This document shows, piece by piece, positions 38,921 through 48,489 of a DNA stretch of 59,608 nucleotides; within the stretch, counting starts at the first letter, position 1, and each line of letters begins with the position of its first letter. Both the position numbers and the translations under genes were made by a program. Source of the stretch: Planctomycetota bacterium (GTDB lineage: Bacteria > Planctomycetota > UBA1135 > GCA-002686595). The notes under the pieces were generated by a model. The model had not been told where the DNA came from. It ran no database searches and saw only the letters and a list, made by a program, of their open reading frames with translations. The DNA is taken from assembly GCA_039029355.1 (NCBI GenBank), contig JBCCGI010000051.1, forward strand, positions 1-59,608, read 5' to 3'.

Positions 38921-39529
38921 TTACTCCTCGGTCAGCGGGACGACGTCGAAGGTGCCGACGGTGGGCATCGAGACGACCCGCACCGACGCTCCGGTGGGGA
39001 TCTCCTCGCCGCTCGTCACCGCCGTGAACTCCGCCGAACGGCCCTGGATGGACACGGTGATCTTCCCCTGGCCCTTCCGGCCGGCGGGGATGCGCAGGTA
39101 GACCGTCGCGGCCTTCCCGATCGCGTTTTTGGGGTCGATGTTCCCCTGCGACTGCAGCTTCATCTGCAGCCGCATGACCCAGGCGACGAAGATCATCGTC
39201 GAAAAGCCCGCCGCCGCGGCAACGCCCACCGAGGCCAGCCGTCCCCAACCGGCCGCGATGGCCGACCAGCCCGCGAGCCCGAAGAAGGTCACGAACGAGA
39301 TCAGCGCGCGCACGGACAGGACGCCGAACGAGCCGTCGCCGATGTCGGCGTCGGCCTCGAAGTCGAAGTCGGCGTCCCCCCCGTCGAAGCCCAGGAAGAG
39401 GAGCAGCGTCTGGATCAGCAGCACCGATCCGCCGATCACGAAACAGGCCACGTAGACGCTGCGCATCGACCAGTCGAGAGCGAAGACGCTCCAGTCGATC
39501 GCGGCTTGGGTGGCTAGCAGGTCGGACAT
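38921..39529 (-). CDS. NfeD-like (YqiJ-type) membrane protein, partner of flotillin.
   Basis: ATG at 39529 with GAGGGAA SD. Two or three TM helices plus a C-terminal OB-fold-like beta region. Stop lies 3 nt before the flotillin start. Confidence 0.65.
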   Translation of the reverse strand: MSDLLATQAAIDWSVFALDWSMRSVYVACFVIGGSVLLIQTLLLFLGFDGGDADFDFEADADIGDGSFGVLSVRALISFVTFFGLAGWSAIAAGWGRLASVGVAAAAGFSTMIFVAWVMRLQMKLQSQGNIDPKNAIGKAATVYLRIPAGRKGQGKITVSIQGRSAEFTAVTSGEEIPTGASVRVVSMPTVGTFDVVPLTEE

Positions 39530-39862
39530 AGGGTTCCCTCGGCGGCAGCGGCCTTGTCTCCGCGTACTCCCGGAGGGGAGTCTCATCCCGCGTCGGGGCT
39601 CAGGGTACTCGGGGTCGAGGCGGGCATTCAATCGGGTCTGCGGCCGCCCTCTGCTGGAAAGGCGCTCCGCGGCCCGCTACCCGAGCTTTCGCGAAGAAAG
39701 CGTGCGACCGATGCCCGCCCGGCCGCGGTCCAACCGTAGCGCAGATCCCGGCGCGAGCGCTGCGGTCCGGAGGCGCTCGCGGACGGAATCTGCCGCGGAG
39801 CTCTCGATCCCGGGCACTAGGGGGCGGTCTGACGCCCCGCCGCTCCTATACTCGCTCGGACC

Positions 39863-40504
39863 ATGCTCCTTCTCGAGGACCCGGAGTTCCTGAGCCGCTT
39901 CTTCGGCGAGTTCGGCTACCTGGCGCCCTTCGTGGTCCTGCTGCTCTGCGGCGTGGGGCTGCCGCTCCCCGAGGAGGTGTCGCTGATCGGGTCCGGCGTG
40001 CTGGTCCACCAGGGGCGGGTCGAGTACATCCCCGTCACGATCGTCTGCAGCATCGCGATCCTGCTGGGCGACTCGGCGCCCTTCTGGGCGGGGCGCCGCT
40101 ACGGGCTCGCGGCCCTCAAGGTCAACTGGGTCAAGCGGGTGGTCCACCCGGAACGGTTTGCCCGCATCCAGGAGCGCTTCGAGGAGCACGGCAACTGGGC
40201 CACCTTCGCCTTCCGGTTCTTCGCCGGGGTGCGGATCCCGGGCTACTTCGTGGCCGGGATGATGGGCATGAGCTACCCCCGCTTCGTGGCGCTGGACGCC
40301 GCCGGGGTGCTGATCTCGGTCCCGATCTCGATCTGGCTCGGGATGCTCTTCGCGGACCAGATCGACACGCTCCACGCGAAGATGGAGGACTTCCACCTCC
40401 TGCTGGCCTTCCTGGCGATCTCCTTCGCCCTGATCCTGCTCCTGCGGGGGCGGGCGAAGCGGGCCTCGGCCAAGAGCCGCGAGGCCCGGCCGCCGGACGC
40501 CTGA
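39863..40504 (+). CDS. DedA/VTT-domain family membrane protein.
   Basis: FVVLLLCGVGLPLPEEVSLIGSG ... RFFAGVRIPGYFVAGMM are DedA signature regions. Confidence 0.8.
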   Translation: MLLLEDPEFLSRFFGEFGYLAPFVVLLLCGVGLPLPEEVSLIGSGVLVHQGRVEYIPVTIVCSIAILLGDSAPFWAGRRYGLAALKVNWVKRVVHPERFARIQERFEEHGNWATFAFRFFAGVRIPGYFVAGMMGMSYPRFVALDAAGVLISVPISIWLGMLFADQIDTLHAKMEDFHLLLAFLAISFALILLLRGRAKRASAKSREARPPDA

Positions 40505-40646
40505 GGGGCCCCGCTCCGCCCCCCTTCCCGCTTGCGCCACGCCCCGGGGCGGCTAGACTGTTCGCCCAAATTCCCTGGAAGCAGGGTGTTAGGTCGTTCC
40601 TCTGCGGACCCAATCCGGCCCGCGCCCCACCCCCCGACAAAGCCCT

Positions 40647-42680
<2,034 letters not shown>

Positions 42681-42703
42681 GCCACCGACCTCCATCACAG
42701 CCG

Positions 42704-42744
42704 GGGCGGGCCTCCCTCGCGGGGGCCCGCCCCGCTTTCGTCCC
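42704..42744 (+). terminator. Rho-independent terminator-like hairpin after the pyrophosphatase gene.
   Basis: 10-bp perfect stem GGGGCGGGCC / GGCCCGCCCC, followed by GCTTTCGTCC. Confidence 0.5.
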
Positions 42745-42779
42745 GCCTTCCAGAATCCCCAGCCACCCGCTACGATCCC

Positions 42780-43214
42780 ATGCAACCTGCCGGGCAAGTC
42801 GCGCACGCACCCGATGCCCAAGGAGAACGTCCGATCGACGCCAAGCAACTCGCCGCCACCGTCGCGCACCTTCTCGACGAGAAGAAGGCGCTCGACATCC
42901 AGGTCATCGACGTCGGGGAACGGCTGAAGGTCGCAGACTACTTCGTCGTCTGCACGGGGCAGAACCGCACCCACGTACGGGCGCTGTACAACGAGCTGCA
43001 CGTGCGGCTGAAGGCCGCGGGCGAGCAGCACCTCCCGGTGCAGGGCAACGACCTCGGCTGGTGGGTCGTCGTCGACTACACCGACGTCGTGGTGCACATC
43101 CTCCAGCCGGACGCGCGCGAGTTCTACGACATCGAGCGGCTGTACGACGAGTGCGATCGGCTCGACTGGGCTTCGCTGGAGCCGCCGGCGATCCAGGGCG
43201 GGGCGGCAGGCTAG
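42780..43214 (+). CDS. rsfS: Ribosomal silencing factor RsfS (Iojap family).
   Basis: DIQVIDVGERLKVADYFVVCTGQNRTHVRALYNELHVRLK...WVVVDYTDVVVHI is canonical RsfS. Confidence 0.85.
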   Translation: MQPAGQVAHAPDAQGERPIDAKQLAATVAHLLDEKKALDIQVIDVGERLKVADYFVVCTGQNRTHVRALYNELHVRLKAAGEQHLPVQGNDLGWWVVVDYTDVVVHILQPDAREFYDIERLYDECDRLDWASLEPPAIQGGAAG

Positions 43215-43286
43215 AGCCCGAGCCCGCGTGTAAGGAAGGGCGCGAGCCCGAGCCCGCCCGAAGGAAGGGCGCGAGCCCGAGCCCGC
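43214..43286. repeat. Intergenic tandem direct repeat: 26-nt unit AAGGAAGGGCGCGAGCCCGAGCCCGC in 2 full copies plus a leading partial copy (period ~29).
   Basis: Seen directly: copies at 43232-43257 and 43261-43286, partial GAGCCCGAGCCCGC at 43214-43227. Confidence 0.8.
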
Positions 43287-43553
43287 GCCCGGCGACAAAG
43301 CCTCCGGTGGTTGCCCACCCTTGGCACCTCCCGAGTTGCCGGTCTAGGAGGTCGCCGGGCGCGGACCCGAGCTCGGCCCCCGGGCCAAGCCCCCCCGGAG
43401 GAGCCTGCGCTCCCCCCGGACTTTGGCCGCGGAGGACGTTTCGTCCGGGCCGTGGTCTGCCGCGCGCTCCGGATAGTTCTGCGGCGGGCGCTTTTTTCCG
43501 CTCCCGAAAGCAGTGACGATCGGGTTTCGGGTCTTCCGGACGGCCGGGATAGG

Positions 43554-45836
43554 ATGTCGCCGTCCATGATGCCGCTCCTCCGCGGGCTCCGCCCCTCGCT
43601 CCTTGTCCCCCTCCTCGCTCTGGCCGCGTGCGGAGGCGGTGCCGAGCCGGCCGGCGGGCTCGTGCACCTCGAGCTTCGACGCGAAGACGGAAGCTCGCAC
43701 ACGCGCGCGCTCGACGAGGCCGTCGCGCGCATCTCGACCCGGCTCGACGGCTCCGAGGACGGCCCCTGGCGGCTCGTCGAAACACCCCAGGGCCCGGCCC
43801 TGACGCTGGCCGGCCCCATCGATGCCGAGCTGCTGCGGCGGATCGAGCTCGAAGCCTCCTTCCCCTCCCCCACCCAGGTCGACGTGAAGTGGCCGCTGCC
43901 CGACGGTGGCGAGGGCTTCCTCGTCACCTCGTTGATGAACGCCGAGCTGACGACGCGGCACCGCCTGCAGCTCGGCGGGCGCAAGGGCTGGAACGGGACG
44001 ATCGAGCGCCTCTCGCTGCGCCTGACCGAGCCCGGCGAGGGCTACAAGCTCGACCACATCCGCCTGGCGGCGGACTCCCCCGACCCCGGCTGGGAGCCGC
44101 TCGACGGCGACCGCGGCGACTGGGGGCTCGTGGCCCTCGGCCAGGAAGCCCACCGCGCCTGGCCGGCTTCGCTGGGCGTACCGCTGGTCGCGCGCGCCCC
44201 GGCGCCGGCCGGCGCGCGGCTGCGCGTGCTGGCCGCACCCGCACGCCGTCCGCGCGCGCCGTGGACCTTCCGCGTGCTGGCGCGCGAAGCGGGCGGCGGC
44301 GACTGGACCGAGGCGGCCGCGCGCGAGGTCGACGGCACCGGGCAGCGGTGGGTCGAGCTCGAAGCCGACCTGGCCGCCTTCGCGGGCGACGAGGTCGAGC
44401 TCCGCTTCCTCGTCGAGGGCGAGGCGCCGGGCGTCGACGCGCCGCGGCTCGACGCCTACTGGGCGTCGCCGGCGCTCTCCGGCGAGCGACCCGCCGACCG
44501 GCGCCCCAACGTCGTGCTGGTGACCCTCGACACGACCCGCGGCGACGTCCTCGGCAAGGGCTGGACGCCCAACCTGGATCGCCTGGCCCAGCGCGGCACG
44601 CTCTTCAGCAGCGCCTACGCAACGACCAACTCGACCATCCCCTCGCACGCGTCGATCTTCACCGGGCTGCCCCTGGAAGAGCACGGCGCCGTCGGCAACC
44701 GCCACGCCTTCCAGCCGCAGAACCGCACGCTGGCCGAGCGCCTCCGCGGCGCGGGCTACCACACGGCCGCGGCGGTCAGCGTCAGCCTCCTGCGCCCCGG
44801 CTTCGGCTTCGGCCAGGGCTTCGAGCGCTTCGAGCTGCCCCACGAGGACGCCTTCCGCGACGGCGCACCGGCGACCGACGCGGCCTGCGGCTGGATCGAC
44901 GAGTGGAGCGCGCAGGACACGCCGTTCTTCCTGTGGCTGCACCTCTTCGACCCGCACACGCCCTACGGCCCGCCGGACGACTTCGTTCGCGACCTCTTGG
45001 CCGAGCGCAGCCTGATCCCGCCGCCCAGACGCGTGGATCCGGCGACGAGCCCCGAGTGGGACGTGCCTCCGACGCAGCTCGACTTCGTCCTGGGCACGAC
45101 CAACCGCGATCGGGTGATCTTCGAGTACTACCTCGGCATCGCCTACGCCGACCACCTGGTCGGGCGGCTGCTCGAAGCACTAGAGCGCGGCGGCGTGGCG
45201 GAGGACACCGTCGTCGCCGTCACGTCGGACCACGGCGAGTCGCTCGGCGAGCGCGAGTACTGGTACGAGCACGCCAACCTCTACCCCGAGGTCGTCCACG
45301 TCCCGCTGATCCTCGCCGGACGCGGCGTGCCGGCCGGCAGGTCGGTCGACGCCCCCGTGAGCCTGATCGACCTCTTCCCCACGCTGCTCGGGCACCTGGC
45401 GCTCGCGCCCGAGCCCGAGCTCGCCGGCGCCGACCTGCTCGCCCTTGCGCGCGGCGAGGCAGCGCCCGAGCGACGCATCTGGTTCCAGCTCTCCGGCCGC
45501 AAGCAGGCCGGCTTCCGCGACGACGACCAGCACTTCATCGCGACGCTCGAGGACGGGCTGTTCTGGATCTCCGGCGCCGAGCCCGACGAGGCCGGACAGC
45601 GCGTCCCGAGCTACACGACCGAGCCGGGGGGCACGAACCACCTCTACGAGCTGTCCGATGACCCCGAGCTGCAGCGCGACCTGGGCGCGGAGCAGGAGAA
45701 GCGCGCGGCCGACCTCGCCGACGAGGTGCGACGCTGGCTGTCGACGCGCAAGGCCGCGCTGCAGACGCGGCGCGAGCTGACCGCCGAGGAAGAGGCCGAG
45801 CTCCGGAACCTGGGCTACGCCGGGGACGGCAAATGA
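43554..45836 (+). CDS. Lipoprotein with an N-terminal ~300-aa unknown domain and a C-terminal sulfatase-fold (alkaline-phosphatase superfamily) domain with a non-canonical T-x-P-S-H active-site signature; paralog 1.
   Basis: Chosen over the overlapping frame 43628..45661, which is Arg-rich junk. LLALAACGGG lipobox. VVLVTLDTTRGD, YATTNSTIPSHASIFTGL (in place of C-T-P-S-R), SDHGESLGE, and HVPL sulfatase-fold landmarks. Confidence 0.75.
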   Translation: MSPSMMPLLRGLRPSLLVPLLALAACGGGAEPAGGLVHLELRREDGSSHTRALDEAVARISTRLDGSEDGPWRLVETPQGPALTLAGPIDAELLRRIELEASFPSPTQVDVKWPLPDGGEGFLVTSLMNAELTTRHRLQLGGRKGWNGTIERLSLRLTEPGEGYKLDHIRLAADSPDPGWEPLDGDRGDWGLVALGQEAHRAWPASLGVPLVARAPAPAGARLRVLAAPARRPRAPWTFRVLAREAGGGDWTEAAAREVDGTGQRWVELEADLAAFAGDEVELRFLVEGEAPGVDAPRLDAYWASPALSGERPADRRPNVVLVTLDTTRGDVLGKGWTPNLDRLAQRGTLFSSAYATTNSTIPSHASIFTGLPLEEHGAVGNRHAFQPQNRTLAERLRGAGYHTAAAVSVSLLRPGFGFGQGFERFELPHEDAFRDGAPATDAACGWIDEWSAQDTPFFLWLHLFDPHTPYGPPDDFVRDLLAERSLIPPPRRVDPATSPEWDVPPTQLDFVLGTTNRDRVIFEYYLGIAYADHLVGRLLEALERGGVAEDTVVAVTSDHGESLGEREYWYEHANLYPEVVHVPLILAGRGVPAGRSVDAPVSLIDLFPTLLGHLALAPEPELAGADLLALARGEAAPERRIWFQLSGRKQAGFRDDDQHFIATLEDGLFWISGAEPDEAGQRVPSYTTEPGGTNHLYELSDDPELQRDLGAEQEKRAADLADEVRRWLSTRKAALQTRRELTAEEEAELRNLGYAGDGK

Positions 45837-48232
45837 GTCGGCTGCGGCGCCTCGCTCCTACGCTGCTGCTGCTCGCGGCGGCCGCCTGCGGCGGAGCCGC
45901 GGGCGATCCCGCCGCGGGTGTGGTGCACCTCGACCTGCGGCTGGCCGACGGCTCGTCGCCAAGCCACGCGCTCGCCTCGGCCCTCCCCGTGCGCGAGGTG
46001 CGCCCGCGGCCGGGCGACCCCGCGTCGCTCGGTCCGTGGAAGGTCGAAGGCGGCCGCCTGGCGGGCGGCGCCGAGGGCGCGCGGCTGATCGCCGACGGCG
46101 AGGAGCCCCCGCGCTTCGTGCTGCGCGGCAAGATCGACGCGGCGGACTTCCCGCTGCTCGAGCTGATCGCCGAGACGCGCAAGCCCACCGACGCCCGCGT
46201 GCGCTGGTCGGGCGCGGCCGGCTCCGGCGAGCTGGCGATCGAGGCACAGCCCGACGACCGCCCGCGCCGCGTGGCCTTCGCCGTGGGCGCCGACCCGACC
46301 TGGAGCGGCACGATCGACGAGCTGTCGGTCACGCCGTCGAGCGACGGCACGGCGGTGCTCGTGCACGTCCTGCGGCTGGTCCCGATGGGCTTCCAGTGGG
46401 GCAGCGAGCCGCTGGCCGAAGAGGATCGCGCCGCCGCTGGCCAGCCGGGCGACGCGGGGCTCCGCCGGCGCGGCTACGAGTCGCGGCGCGCGTGGCCGTC
46501 GGACCTCGGGGTGCCGCTCTTCGCAACCGTCGAGCGCGTGCCCCGCGGCGGCGTGCTCGCGACCGCCGTCGCGCCGGGCAACAACGCGCTCGGCAAGCAC
46601 CAGCAGTCGCTCTTCGCCGCGGTCGACGGCCGCGAGCCGGGCGGGTCATGGCGGCGGCTCGCCACCCTCGAGCTGCCCCCCGCGCGCACGGTGATGACGG
46701 CGAGCTGGGAGCCGCTCACCTGCGACCTGAGCGACTACGCCGGCGGGCCCGTCGAGCTGCGCTTCGTCGCCGACTTCGGCGCCGCGCCGGCCCCCGATGC
46801 CGTGGCGGAGGGCGGCAAGCCCGCGCTAGAGCGCGTGCTTTGGGGCGCTCCCGAGATCGTCGGCGAGCCGCCCGCGAGCCGCCGACCGAACGTGGTCCTC
46901 GTCACGCTCGACACCACGCGCGCCGATGCACTGGGCGGCGAGTTCACGCCGTTCTTCGACCGCTTCGGCGACGACGCGGTCGTGTTCACGAACGCGTGGG
47001 CGTCGTGCAACTCGACCACGCCCTCGCACGCTTCGATCCTGACCGGGCTCCACGTCGAGGAGCACGGCGCGATCACCAACCGCCACCTGCTGGGCCCCGA
47101 GGTGCGCACGCTGGCGGAGGAGCTGCGCGGCGCCGGCTACCACACCGCCGCCGCCGTGAGCGTGCCGCACATCCAGGCCGGCGTCGGCTTCGGCCAGGGC
47201 TTCGACGCCTTCGCGCTGGCGCAGCCGGGCGCGGAGGTGAACGGCGCGTACGCCCTGCGGTGGGTCGAGCGTTGGACCGACGAGTGGAGCGAGCTGCCGC
47301 CACGCCCGTACTTCCTTTGGGTGCACCTCTTCGATCCGCACACGCCCTACTCCCCGCCCTCGGAGTGGGTCAAGGAGTTCCTCGCCGAGAGCGGGCTGTC
47401 GCTGCCGTCGAAGGAAGCCGATCCCGCGACCATTCCGGTCTACGTCGGCCCGCGCCGGCCGGAGAACGTGCCGCTCGAGAAGCGCTGGCTCGCGGGCGTC
47501 AGCTCGCTCGAGTACTCGCGCTTCGTGTACGCGCTCGGCGTCGCCTATGCCGACCACCTGTGCGAGCAGCTGTTCGACGGCCTCGAGCGTGCCGGCCAGC
47601 TCGACGGCGCCGCGGTGTTCCTCTCCGCCGACCACGGCGAGTCGCTCGGCGAGCACAACGTCTGGTTCAACCACGCCGGGCTCTTCCGCGAGACGCTGAA
47701 CGTCCCGCTCCTGGTGCGCTTCCCGAACGGCCCGCGCGGGGTGCGCATCGAAGAGCCGGTGAGCAACATCGACATCGCGCCGACCATCCTGCGGCTCGCC
47801 GCGGTGGCGGGCGCGCCCGAGCTACCGGGCCTCGATCTGGAGCGCATCGCGCAGGGCGAGTCGCCCCCCGAGCGCGAGGTGTGGTTCGCCTTCAACGGCC
47901 TCCACCAGGCGGGCTTCCGCGATCGCGACACGCACTTCTTCACGACGCTCACCGGGGATCTCACCTACGGGGTAGCGCTCGTGGAGGAGGACGGAAAGGC
48001 CGTCCCGCGACGGCTGCCCGAGATCCCGGTCGGAACGAGCTTCCTGTACGACCCGCACGCGGACCCAGCGCTGGTGAACGACGTCGCCGCGGGGGAAGAG
48101 GGGCGGGTTGATCAGGCGCTCTCGCGCCTCGGACGCTGGCGCGAGAGCCTGCAAGCGGCCAAGGTCCAGCGGCGCAATCTGACCGCTTCGGAGGAGGCGG
48201 GCTTGGCCGGGCTGGGTTACGCGGGCGATTGA
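45833..48232 (+). CDS. Lipoprotein, sulfatase-fold paralog 2, with the same T-T-P-S-H variant signature. Translationally coupled to paralog 1 by an ATGA overlap.
   Basis: LLLLAAAACGG lipobox. VVLVTLDTTRAD, CNSTTPSHASILTGL, ADHGESLGE. Colinear with paralog 1, including the N-domain VHL(E/D)LR..DGSS and the C-terminal ...LGYAGD tail. Confidence 0.75.
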   Translation: MSRLRRLAPTLLLLAAAACGGAAGDPAAGVVHLDLRLADGSSPSHALASALPVREVRPRPGDPASLGPWKVEGGRLAGGAEGARLIADGEEPPRFVLRGKIDAADFPLLELIAETRKPTDARVRWSGAAGSGELAIEAQPDDRPRRVAFAVGADPTWSGTIDELSVTPSSDGTAVLVHVLRLVPMGFQWGSEPLAEEDRAAAGQPGDAGLRRRGYESRRAWPSDLGVPLFATVERVPRGGVLATAVAPGNNALGKHQQSLFAAVDGREPGGSWRRLATLELPPARTVMTASWEPLTCDLSDYAGGPVELRFVADFGAAPAPDAVAEGGKPALERVLWGAPEIVGEPPASRRPNVVLVTLDTTRADALGGEFTPFFDRFGDDAVVFTNAWASCNSTTPSHASILTGLHVEEHGAITNRHLLGPEVRTLAEELRGAGYHTAAAVSVPHIQAGVGFGQGFDAFALAQPGAEVNGAYALRWVERWTDEWSELPPRPYFLWVHLFDPHTPYSPPSEWVKEFLAESGLSLPSKEADPATIPVYVGPRRPENVPLEKRWLAGVSSLEYSRFVYALGVAYADHLCEQLFDGLERAGQLDGAAVFLSADHGESLGEHNVWFNHAGLFRETLNVPLLVRFPNGPRGVRIEEPVSNIDIAPTILRLAAVAGAPELPGLDLERIAQGESPPEREVWFAFNGLHQAGFRDRDTHFFTTLTGDLTYGVALVEEDGKAVPRRLPEIPVGTSFLYDPHADPALVNDVAAGEEGRVDQALSRLGRWRESLQAAKVQRRNLTASEEAGLAGLGYAGD

Positions 48233-48489
48233 CGTCGCCTTAAGTCGTTTGCCAACGACCACAAGACCGCGGCCGGCAACAAGATCGCCGCGGCCCCCTG
48301 GACACGCGGTTCGGGTCGGCTTAGCGTGGGCCTTCAGCCAATCAGAGGGGGAAGCGGACTGCTTGCACCCTGGCTCGCGAATCTGTTTCGGCTGAACTTC
48401 CCTGTCTGCACAGCCGATTCCGAAGCGCGGCCTTCTTCGGGTTCCAGCATCAGGCTTTCCGGGGATCGTTCCGATAAAAAAAGAACAAC

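Noticed and set aside
39720-39800. tRNA-like fragment (gtagcgcag resembles a D-loop) in the NfeD/DedA divergent region.
   Set aside because: I could not build a cloverleaf: there is no acceptor-stem pairing and no GTTCGAATC T-loop with a flanking 5-bp stem. Treated as chance similarity.
40505-40570. Possible terminator after DedA (CCGCCCC ... GGGGCGG).
   Set aside because: Stem of only 7 bp with a 23-nt loop and no U-tract. Too weak to call.
43214-43286. Considered CRISPR for the tandem repeat.
   Set aside because: Only about 2.5 copies, with 3-4-nt gaps rather than 30-40-nt spacers, and no cas genes in the window.
43459-43500. T6 tract (43492-43497) after GC-rich segment, considered as a + strand terminator for rsfS.
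   Set aside because: The flanking arms (GCCGCGCGC / GCGGCGGGCGC) do not form a clean stem. It lies ~280 nt from the rsfS stop. Left uncalled.
43628-45661. 677-aa alternative frame overlapping the sulfatase-fold gene.
   Set aside because: The translation is pure Arg/Ala/Pro/Gly low-complexity. The 43554..45836 frame carries the lipobox and the sulfatase-fold motifs, and a paralog lies immediately downstream.
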